A DNA stretch of 47,533 nt, counting the filler, from a bacterium UBP13_UBA5359 (lineage in GTDB: Bacteria > UBP13 > UBA5359), in assembly GCA_002410925.1 (NCBI GenBank). It is 3 parts of 3 records of this genome, joined end to end, with 100 filler letters (N's around TTAATTAATTAA, not from the genome) between each part and the next. Parts side by side here need not be neighbours in the genome. Positions count along the whole stretch, not along the records: positions 1 to 14,982 come from DHPR01000025.1; 2 more parts are not named here. One strand, given 5' to 3'. The number at the start of each line of letters is the position of its first letter. Position 1 is the stretch's first letter. Below are positions 1 through 9,100 of the stretch, piece after piece. A model generated the notes under the pieces. It worked only from the letters and a program-made list of their open reading frames with translations. It was not told where the DNA came from and made no database searches. The position numbers and the translations under genes are program-made.

Positions 1-114
1 CCTAGGGGAACTAAATGGTTTAACGGTGGTTCTGTTTATTGAAGCATAATTTGAAGCCTGGATATGGAAAAAGTTATATTTCATTCGATATGAAGTTGCA
101 ACCCATAGGAGAAC

Positions 115-930
115 ATGAAAATGGAGATAGGAGTAATTAATAATCTATGCAATAAGGGGCATTGCTTTGATCACGTAAGCAAGTTTGGCCTCAACGTTTG
201 TCAGTTGGCAAGCTGGGATATGACGTTGGCCCGCCTGGATGTGGCCGATACTGCCAGGGAATCTGCAAGCAGTGCAGACGTACGTATTTGCGCCGTCTGG
301 GCCGGAGTGCCTGGACCTGGAAAATGGAACTTTACCGAAGGCCCGGTAACCCTCGGCCTGGTACCTGAGGAATACCGCAGGAAGAGAGTGGATTCACTAA
401 AGAAATGGGCGGATTTTGCTCAACGGGTGGGAGCCCCGGCTATTATCACTCATTGCGGCTTCATACCAGAGAATATGACCGATTTTGCCTATAATGGAGT
501 TGTAGATGCCATCAAAGAAGTGGCCGAATACTGCGGAGAGCGAAGCCTGGAGTTCTGGTTCGAGACCGGACAGGAGACCCCGGTAGTGTTGTTGCGGACT
601 ATCGAGAGGGTTGGCACGGGAAATCTTGGTATAAACCTGGATCCTGCTAATCTGTTGATGTACGGCAAGGGTAACCCAATAGATTCTCTGTCTGTCTTCG
701 GTAAATACGTCAGGAATATCCATGCCAAGGACGGCCTTTGTCCCACCGATGGCGAGAATTTGGGCAAGGAGGTCCCGGTAGGTGAGGGCATGGTGTGCTA
801 TCCCGAGTTCATGGCTGGGCTCAAGGAGATAGGCTTTGACGGCGAACTGATCATAGAGCGTGAGATCAAAGGAGCGGAACAGATAAGAGATATTCAAGAA
901 ACAATCGAGTGTCTCAACGGTTGGCTGTAA
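115..930 (+). CDS. Sugar phosphate isomerase/epimerase (xylose-isomerase-like TIM barrel, AP_endonuc_2 family)
   Basis: Metal-binding pattern FETGQE...NLDPANL...IHAKDG...LIIERE; AGGAG RBS upstream. Confidence 0.9.
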   Translation: MKMEIGVINNLCNKGHCFDHVSKFGLNVCQLASWDMTLARLDVADTARESASSADVRICAVWAGVPGPGKWNFTEGPVTLGLVPEEYRRKRVDSLKKWADFAQRVGAPAIITHCGFIPENMTDFAYNGVVDAIKEVAEYCGERSLEFWFETGQETPVVLLRTIERVGTGNLGINLDPANLLMYGKGNPIDSLSVFGKYVRNIHAKDGLCPTDGENLGKEVPVGEGMVCYPEFMAGLKEIGFDGELIIEREIKGAEQIRDIQETIECLNGWL

Positions 931-956
931 AAATAAAAACGGGGGAGTGCTTTAGT

Positions 957-3881
957 ATGCGAAAAACAGTTATAGTGGGATTATTAATTGGATACTGGGT
1001 AATTGCTTATAGCGGCTATGCTCTTGCCCAGATAAAGATAGGCGTTTACGAACAAAGCACCGGTGCCAAGGGCATATATGAAGCCCTGAAGCAGGAAAAA
1101 GGGTTTGAAACCACCGTTATCAAGGATATACCCTCATCCGTTGAGGAGCTTCTTAAATACGATGTCTTTGTAATAGGCAGCTTGAAGGCAGTGGAGCAGG
1201 GACCGGTAAACCGGTTGAGAGCCTATGTGAACTGCGGTGGCGGTATTTTGCTGAATCACGATGCCTGCGGTTATCGCGGTTGGAAGGAGCCGCTCTTCCC
1301 CGAGGTGTGCCGTGGCCTGCGAGCTACTAATATGATGGCAATGGCGCCGCTGCCGGAGACCAAACATGCTATCCTGCAAGGTATGCCGAATGAATACAAA
1401 CATGCCTACTATGACCATATAGTGCTAGGCAAGGGGCCTAAAGGCACCGTTATAGTCGAAGACAAAGATGGAACTCCGGCGGTTATAGTCGGTGAAATAG
1501 GGTATGGAAGGGTGGTAGCCAATGGAGCTATAACAGGCTATTGGTCTAAGCTTGACACTCAGGAACAAGGAGAAGGCGCTCCACAGGGAGGAGAACTGAA
1601 GCTGTTGGTGAACGCCGTCTCATGGCTGGGAGAGAGAGGCATAACTCGTATAGATAAGGCGGAGTTGAGCAAGAGAAGCGATGAATATAAGGTTGCTGCG
1701 ACCGCATCTTTATCGGAGAATACATCGGACAGCGGCTGGTTCTCGGATGATATGCTGAGGAGCAGCCTTATGGTGAATCAACCCGTCAGCGAACTCAAAG
1801 GCAAGTTTTTTATGTTCGTTGATTTTCTTACAGTGCAAGGGATGGACAGCAATAAGTTGCGTATATATCTTCGTCAATTAAAGTGGCTGGGTGTAACGGA
1901 CGTCATATATGCCGATCTAGCCTGCGGTAACATTATTCACCATAAATCGGATATTCCCGGGAAGTTTCCGGGTATGGTGTCGGTGAATCCCGGCACAGAA
2001 GATCTGCTACTGAATTTGGTCAATGCATCCGCCGAAGCAGGCATTGATGTCTGGACATTAGTGCATCCCGGTAAAGCGCCTGAGAATATGGCCGCTCGGG
2101 ATAAAGACGGCAATAAATACGTCTACGGTTCATACGGTTCCATCTCGGACGTACTCTCTCCCGTTTTTCGCGGTATGTATCACAGCCTGATAGATGAATA
2201 TCTGGCCAAGTATAATAAGCATGGTAACTTCAAGGGAATTTATTACGACGAAGCATTCTTCAATTATGCAGATTTCCACGGAGACGACCTGGCGCTGTTC
2301 GACAAGTTCTGCCGCAGCAACTTCGGCGAGGCTCTGCCTGGGGATATGAGTGACAAGCTGGCTAAAAAGGCTGCCTGGGTAGACCCGGTGGATAAATGGT
2401 GGCGCCGGTATATCCTTTTCAAGAACTCCATTAATACAGGTTTCGCTAAGGAACTGATCGATTACTGTCATAGCAGGGGATTGCAGAACATAGTCGAACT
2501 CAGACCGACAGCAGCACTCGGAGGCTGGTCATTCGGTATGGATAACGATGCCATGACCAGATTGGGGGGGGACTACTACTATGTCGCCTCAGCGGATTAC
2601 TGCGAGCCCTGCTATATTTATCCTAATGCCCTGGTAGGAGGACATGTATGCGATACCTGGGGATATTATAACACTGTGTCTCTCAGAGGGCACAAGGCAA
2701 GTACGCATTTTGTGGACAACCAGCTTTGGCGCTCTATCGTCTACGGCAATAACCCCAAAGGATTGTCCCCGGTGCAATATCTGATTCGCAATACCAGAGA
2801 ATGGGCAGATGCCGCCAACCTGGCCAAAGTATCTATTCTGCATAACCAGAATACCTTGCTGATGCTGGGCAAAGAGGTGCAGCAGGAGACAGCCAAAGAG
2901 TTGAAGTTGCTGGATAGACTCTCATATGCCATGGATACGGATGCCATGTTGATAGGAGCCAGGGAGTATTACGGCAACTATCCGGTCCTGATAGCCCCAG
3001 CCTATGCCTTAAAAGGGATCTCTGCGGAGACCTATGCCGCCATAGAGAGCTATGTCAAAGCAGGCGGAACGCTGGTTATGCTGGGAAGGTGCACCGTATC
3101 TCTGCCCGATCTCACCAAAGAGCAGGACAAGACAGCTCAGTTGGCCGGCATCAGGTATACGGACAAGAGCATTCAGGCAGCAGCCTTTACCTATAACGGC
3201 CAAGAGATAAAGCTGGGCAGTAAATCAGCCCTTCGCCAGGTAGAAGTTGCCTCTCCCGGGACAAAGACGCTGGTCGTGTTTTCAGGTACCACAGCACCTG
3301 CCATAACCGTTAGGGATTACGGCCAAGGCAGAGTTGTCAGCCTGCAATTCGATCCGGCAGCGGAAATGGGACAGGATAACAAAGAAGCAGAGCAGGCCTT
3401 TGTTTCACTGGTCAACGCGTATGCAGAGCCGCCGATCAGCTCACAGGGAGACCTGCAGGTAATGACGACCTTAAAGAAAGGGAACTGGGTAGCCGTTACA
3501 TTGTATGGCAGTTCATTCCCGTGCAAAGGCAGTGTCAGCGTGGATATGAAGAAACTGGGAGTGGACAAGAAAGGCTACCGGGTGATGATGCTCAGCAAAG
3601 GCATGGAGTTGTCTAAACCAGGAGATTTCTGGGGCAAGAAGGGTTCATGGACGGCAGAAGATATCAAGGCCGGTATACCGGTGACCATAGTTACGGATAA
3701 CGATGAAAAGCAGGCTTTACCGGAGAAGTTTGATCTGTCTGCCTATTCTGAAAAAGACGCCTATTATGTAGATGAAAATACAAGAAAAGGTTGGAAACAA
3801 TACTATTTTAAAAGGTGTTACGAACATGAGATACTGGTGATAGCCCCGGATGACGAACTTACGGTAGACGGAAAGCAATAG
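957..3881 (+). CDS. Secreted multidomain glycoside-hydrolase-like protein (signal peptide, ThuA/GATase1-like domain, TIM barrel, GH42-trimerisation-like domain)
   Basis: ATG 957 after GGGGGAG RBS (ORF track starts at 909); signal peptide MRKTVIVGLLIG...AYSGYALA; YVNCGGGILL and YVKAGGTLVM GATase-like motifs; barrel motif FKGIYYDE. Confidence 0.7.
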   Translation: MRKTVIVGLLIGYWVIAYSGYALAQIKIGVYEQSTGAKGIYEALKQEKGFETTVIKDIPSSVEELLKYDVFVIGSLKAVEQGPVNRLRAYVNCGGGILLNHDACGYRGWKEPLFPEVCRGLRATNMMAMAPLPETKHAILQGMPNEYKHAYYDHIVLGKGPKGTVIVEDKDGTPAVIVGEIGYGRVVANGAITGYWSKLDTQEQGEGAPQGGELKLLVNAVSWLGERGITRIDKAELSKRSDEYKVAATASLSENTSDSGWFSDDMLRSSLMVNQPVSELKGKFFMFVDFLTVQGMDSNKLRIYLRQLKWLGVTDVIYADLACGNIIHHKSDIPGKFPGMVSVNPGTEDLLLNLVNASAEAGIDVWTLVHPGKAPENMAARDKDGNKYVYGSYGSISDVLSPVFRGMYHSLIDEYLAKYNKHGNFKGIYYDEAFFNYADFHGDDLALFDKFCRSNFGEALPGDMSDKLAKKAAWVDPVDKWWRRYILFKNSINTGFAKELIDYCHSRGLQNIVELRPTAALGGWSFGMDNDAMTRLGGDYYYVASADYCEPCYIYPNALVGGHVCDTWGYYNTVSLRGHKASTHFVDNQLWRSIVYGNNPKGLSPVQYLIRNTREWADAANLAKVSILHNQNTLLMLGKEVQQETAKELKLLDRLSYAMDTDAMLIGAREYYGNYPVLIAPAYALKGISAETYAAIESYVKAGGTLVMLGRCTVSLPDLTKEQDKTAQLAGIRYTDKSIQAAAFTYNGQEIKLGSKSALRQVEVASPGTKTLVVFSGTTAPAITVRDYGQGRVVSLQFDPAAEMGQDNKEAEQAFVSLVNAYAEPPISSQGDLQVMTTLKKGNWVAVTLYGSSFPCKGSVSVDMKKLGVDKKGYRVMMLSKGMELSKPGDFWGKKGSWTAEDIKAGIPVTIVTDNDEKQALPEKFDLSAYSEKDAYYVDENTRKGWKQYYFKRCYEHEILVIAPDDELTVDGKQ

Positions 3882-3916
3882 CAGAAAGTGTGATCATTCT
3901 CAAAGAGAGGGGAGGG

Positions 3917-5314
3917 GTGGCATCTCTTGAGAGATTATCGGCGAGAGATGCCGGATGTATGCGCTGTCTGATAATAGCGACAGTATTGTTGAGCATAGTG
4001 AACACAGGAGCACCCGCCTGGAGCGATTGGCCGGTGGAAGTTTGGGCGGGAGTCAGGGCCAACCCTTTGATAGCTGATATAAATGGAGACGGCAAGAACG
4101 AAGTAGTTATTGCCACCATGGAAAAGCAGGGCGAGGCACGTATCTATGTCCTTGATAAATCGGGCAGCCCGCTATCGGGATGGCCTAAGTCCATCCGTGA
4201 TGAAGGCAGGAATGCCATGGTTAATAATGATGGACCGGTAGCCGCCGATCTCAATAACGACGGCAAACAGGAGATCTGCTTTGCTACAGGTTGGACAGGA
4301 CCGGGGAAACTGCATCTGCTCGACAGCAGCGGCAATTACCTGCCCGGCTGGCCCGTTTCCGCACCGGATAAAGGTATTTTCCAGGCACCGGTAATAGCCG
4401 ATATAGACGGGGATGGTAAGCAGGAGATCATGGCCGGTGGAACCAACCCTAATGCCTTCTACGCCTATGAATGCGACGGCACGGCTGTGGAAGGCTGGCC
4501 CAGGACGGTATTGGGTGCAGGGATAAGTGCCGTTGCCGGAGATATAGACGGAGACGGCAAGAATGAAGTCATAGCCTGGACATCAGGAGGACGTCTTTAC
4601 GTTTGGCAGTCAGGAGGCAAGGCACTCTGGCCGGTCAAGGTTTTTAGCGGCGAGAGCATAGTTAACTGCATTCTGGCAGACGTTAACGGAGATAAAAAGC
4701 CGGAGATTGTTACCGGCACAGATAAAGGGCGGATATATATCTGGGATGCACTAACCTTGAGTCCGTTACCCGGCTGGGAGAAACCGCAGGAAGTGGGAGA
4801 AGGAGCCGTCAGAATCTCTCTGGCCGATATGGACCGTGACGGTAAGCCGGAGATCGTGGCAGGCTTTACCGCCATGAAAGAGGGCAAGTATGCCGGTAGC
4901 GGAGCCGTCCATGTTATCAAGATTACAGGCGCAGCGTTGCCCGGCTGGCCGAAAGAACTGCAAACGACATGGCCGGATGCTTCTATAGTCATAGCGGATG
5001 TGGACGGCGATAACAAACCGGAACTGTTGTGCAGTACCAGAGATGGTAGTATTCATCTGTGGAACAGTAACGGAGAATATCTGGAAGGATATCCGCAGGC
5101 CTTATATGGCAAAAATGGATTGCTTACCGCCCCCGTGCTGGGAGATGCAGACGGAGACGGAATGGTGGATGCCGTAGTGGCATATTGTGCCGGCTACAAC
5201 AACAAGGTCTTTCTGATAAAGTTTACAGGTGCTTATGAGGCAAAGGCAATTCTATGGCCGAGAGATACTTATAACAATACTAATAATAGATATATTGTCA
5301 TCACAAAAAAATGA
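3917..5314 (+). CDS. Secreted FG-GAP/VCBS repeat beta-propeller protein
   Basis: Eight DxxxD(G)xxE-type Ca-binding repeats, most with a GWP motif; hydrophobic N-terminus; start uncertain (3890/3917/3959). Confidence 0.85.
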   Translation: MASLERLSARDAGCMRCLIIATVLLSIVNTGAPAWSDWPVEVWAGVRANPLIADINGDGKNEVVIATMEKQGEARIYVLDKSGSPLSGWPKSIRDEGRNAMVNNDGPVAADLNNDGKQEICFATGWTGPGKLHLLDSSGNYLPGWPVSAPDKGIFQAPVIADIDGDGKQEIMAGGTNPNAFYAYECDGTAVEGWPRTVLGAGISAVAGDIDGDGKNEVIAWTSGGRLYVWQSGGKALWPVKVFSGESIVNCILADVNGDKKPEIVTGTDKGRIYIWDALTLSPLPGWEKPQEVGEGAVRISLADMDRDGKPEIVAGFTAMKEGKYAGSGAVHVIKITGAALPGWPKELQTTWPDASIVIADVDGDNKPELLCSTRDGSIHLWNSNGEYLEGYPQALYGKNGLLTAPVLGDADGDGMVDAVVAYCAGYNNKVFLIKFTGAYEAKAILWPRDTYNNTNNRYIVITKK

Positions 5315-5354
5315 TACGTGATATGTCTTTTAAATAAAAAGGAGGTATTGAATC

Positions 5355-5999
5355 ATGTATAGGATAATATGTAAGTCAGCATTGTGCTTAATAGCATACA
5401 TTTTGTTATGCAACGGCTGGTGCTATTCGGGAGAGAAGGCTGTCTGGCTTACTGTTGCCAGCCCTTGGGGCTTTTGGCAGGAAAGTGTCAATGATCCAAT
5501 GCCCGCAGCAATGCTGGTCGACGATATAGCTGCCACCGGTACTACGAAGATATACTTTTTTGAGCAAATAGGGCGCGGCGGACCGTTTCTTCATCCCACC
5601 CAGGTGCAGTATGCCGTTACTGATTCTCATATGGGTAGCCGTGATTTCCTGCAGGAGCTTCTGGTGGAGGCGGCAGCACATAACATAAAAGTACAGTTAG
5701 TATGGACACCGCCCAATACCTATTGGCCGGGTACCACTATATACGGCTTGAACGATCAGCGTTTGATAGATTTATATAATGCTGAAGTCGATGAGATAGC
5801 CACCAACTATGCTTCGTATATCGGGTCAAGCAATGGCAATATCCTGGAAGGCATTATGTTCCACGAGGTGGATGCTGCAGAGGCAGCTGATCAGCATACC
5901 GATGATGTAACCGAGTTTTCTACTTATTGTTATACAACTTTCGGCGAATCTTATACCACTGGAACCATGCCAACGGCGAATGCCGGCGATAAGTGGTAG
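5355..5999 (+). CDS. N-terminal fragment (signal peptide plus first half of TIM barrel) of the split gene
   Basis: AAAGGAGGT RBS, signal peptide, LEGIMFHE motif matching the paralog's FKGIYYDE. Confidence 0.55.
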   Translation: MYRIICKSALCLIAYILLCNGWCYSGEKAVWLTVASPWGFWQESVNDPMPAAMLVDDIAATGTTKIYFFEQIGRGGPFLHPTQVQYAVTDSHMGSRDFLQELLVEAAAHNIKVQLVWTPPNTYWPGTTIYGLNDQRLIDLYNAEVDEIATNYASYIGSSNGNILEGIMFHEVDAAEAADQHTDDVTEFSTYCYTTFGESYTTGTMPTANAGDKW

Positions 6000-6176
6000 A
6001 GGCGGTATTACCTGTATAAGACCAGCCTAGTCAACAATTTTATAAATCAGACCAAGACCAATGCAGCAAGTCATGACCTGAAAAGCTCCTTTGCATTTTA
6101 TACGCCTGAAAATTATGCCGGAGAATCGTGGAAATGGGGATATGATGCCGTAAGTATTGAGAATATCTGTGATGAG

Positions 6177-9100
6177 ATGTGGGTCTATGGCATTATTTCT
6201 GCTGATACTACTGGTAGCGATGGAGCGTTTAAGCCATATATAAACGTTAAAAATTGCTATATAGACTTTGGTCCGGGGTGCGCAAATCAGGTTTTATCCC
6301 AGAATTATGCTTATGCTTTTCATGGTGGGTTACTCAGTTGGTTTAGGGATAGCCCAGTACAGTATATAGACTATATAAGAGATTTTTATGGAAGCAGAGA
6401 TGTTTGGACCCAAGCTAACGGTGATTATTACAATGACCTTACAAGCGTATCGGAAAAAGAATTATCGCTTTATTTAGGTCATGACAATATAACCGATTGG
6501 CTTAATCTGATGGGTTACTGGCAAGGCGGTATTACATCTGCCAAAATAGCTGTGGCGGTAAACCCCGGTCCTTTTGTCATGAAGCATCCGGCAAATACCC
6601 ATACTGACTACGTCGACAAAGTGCTTACCCTGACGAATGCACTGTATCCTTTTATGGATATAGACGGGTTGGTGTTGGGTAGCCAGTTTGCTCTCAATTC
6701 GAATGATTTGCAGAAATACAGTTTAATTATCATTCCTGAGGATATGGGAGACGGCCTGTCACAGGCTACGGTAGACGCTCTGACTGCCTACAAGAACGCC
6801 GGTGGTAAAATCCTAGTGGTGGCTACGCCATTGACTAAGAGTAATCCGGATTTGACGGGTGAAGTGGATCAAACGGCAGCTTTCTGCGGTTTGACGGTAG
6901 CCGGAACCGATACATCCACCTCTGTACTCCAGCCGGCCAGTTCTACGATTACCTTGAGCAATCCTAACGGGGGGCATTGGGTCGACGGTAAGGTGGGTAA
7001 GGCGCTGCAGTTTGACGGAGTGGATGATTATATCAACTGCGGTGCCGGAGCAAGCCTGAATATTACGGATAAGCTGACCATAGAGGCCTGGATCAAGCCG
7101 GATACCAGGAGCAACTACCATGTTATTGCCTGTAAAAACACTTACACCTATTTCTTTGCCGTAAACAGCGGCAAGTTATCTCTCTTGATCGGCAATTCGT
7201 CCGCTACTGGTTGGAATGTAGTACTGGTAGGCGATACGGTATTGAATTCGAGCAACTGGTATCATGTAGCTGGCACCTACGACAGCGCCACCGGAGAGGC
7301 CAAGCTGTATATCAACGGAGTTTTGGCCAAAACCGCTACAGGAACGGCACAAGCCATAGGCTCCAGACCGACCGGCTGGCTCAGTGTGGGGTGTGCTTAC
7401 GGCAGTGCCTATTACTTCAACGGCGTAATCGACGAGTTGAATATCTACCCTATGGTCATGAGCGCTTCTCAACTCAGCCAACATTATCAAGATGGTCTGA
7501 TGAGCGATCGAATAAACGGCCGGTGGCTGTTCGATGACGGCCAGGGGATGTTTTTGCAGGATTTCTCCCGTGGAAGAAATATGGGGGCGCTGCAGAATAT
7601 GGACGGCAGCAGTTGCTGGACCATCGGCAAGATCGGTGACTGTCTGGCCTTTGACGGCACGGATGACGATGTGGACTGCGGTGCCGGCTCCACCCTGAAC
7701 ATTACCGAACCTCTGACGTTGGAGGCCTGGATGAAGTTTGACAGCCTGACGGATAATGCCAAACCGTTGGATAACGGACTCTACCGTCTGATATATTCGA
7801 TTACTGATGGCAAGCTACACTTCCAGTACCACATAACCGATGCTGCCGCCGGGGGAGATTCCCTGTGGAATTACTGGAGCGGAGTCAAGACGTCTACGGC
7901 CATCCAGACAGGGCAATGGTATCATGTAACCGGAGTCAAGACGGGCAATACCATGAAGCTCTATCTTAATGGCGTCAAGGAGAGGGAACTTACCTGTCTT
8001 TCCGGCTATACAATGGATAGCTCTCAGGTTTCCAATCTGGTCTTGGGAGACAATCCCTTCTGCGGCAAGCTCGATGAGGTTCACGTATACACCGATGCCA
8101 CGTTCACCGACGATACGATCATGCATCATGCCAGGCAGCCCATAGCCGGGCGTTGGGCTCTGGATGAGATATCAGGGACGACGACCACGGATAGGTCGGG
8201 CAACGACAATAACGGCACTCTGGCTAATATGACTACGCCAGGTTGCTGGGTAAGCGGCAAGATAGGCAAAGCGCTCCAATTTGACGGAGTAGACGATTAC
8301 GTCAACTGCGGTGCCGGATCAAGCCTGGATATTACGGATAAGTTGACCGTGGAGGCCTGGATCAAGCCGGATACCAGAAGCGGCTTCCATGTAATCACCT
8401 GTAAAAATTCCTATACCTATTTCTTTACAATGGTGTCCGGTAAGTTGGAACTACTGATAGGTAATTCATCTGCTAATGCCTGGAACGTGGGAGTGATCAG
8501 TAATACGGTATTGAATTCCAGCAGTTGGTATCATGTAGTCGGTGCCTACGACAGTGCTACCGGAGAGGCCAAGCTGTATATCAACGGAGCATTAGATAAC
8601 ACTGCTACCGGAACGGCACAAGCCATAGGCTCCAGACCGACCGGCTGGCTCAGTGTGGGGTGTGCTTACGGCAGTGCCTATTACTTCAACGGCGTAATCG
8701 ANNNNNNNNNNNNNNNNNNNNNNNNNNNNNNNNNNNNNNNNNNNNNNNNNNNNNNNGGAACGGCACAAGCCATAGGCTCCAGACCGACCGGCTGGCTCAG
8801 TGTGGGGTGTGCTTACGGCAGTGCCTATTACTTCAACGGCGTAATCGATGAATTGAACATCTATCCACGTCTCCTGAGCGCTGATGAGATTGCCGGACAC
8901 AGCAGCATTTTGACTGCTGGACAGTGGGCGCTGGACGATGGTCAGGACTCCTCCGTTCAGGACATCTCCGGGCACGGTGCCGCCGGCACGATGAACAGTT
9001 TCAGCACTACCTTCCCCTGGCAGTTCCAGCCGACCAGGCGGAAATCTATCAGTAATACCAGCGCCACGACAGTGGTCAGCGATTACTCCACCGGCAACCC

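Noticed and set aside
5997-5999. Genome-wide amber reassignment or pyrrolysine
   Set aside because: TAG ends several normal genes here, RF1 is intact, no pyl genes are visible, and the aligned residue is Trp (one-base change)
7341-8848. CRISPR-like direct repeats
   Set aside because: Repeats are 92 nt, coding and irregularly spaced; no cas genes
7000-8850. LamG repeat pair as a diversity-generating retroelement TR/VR
   Set aside because: Differences are not adenine-specific, both copies are in-frame domains, and there is no reverse transcriptase
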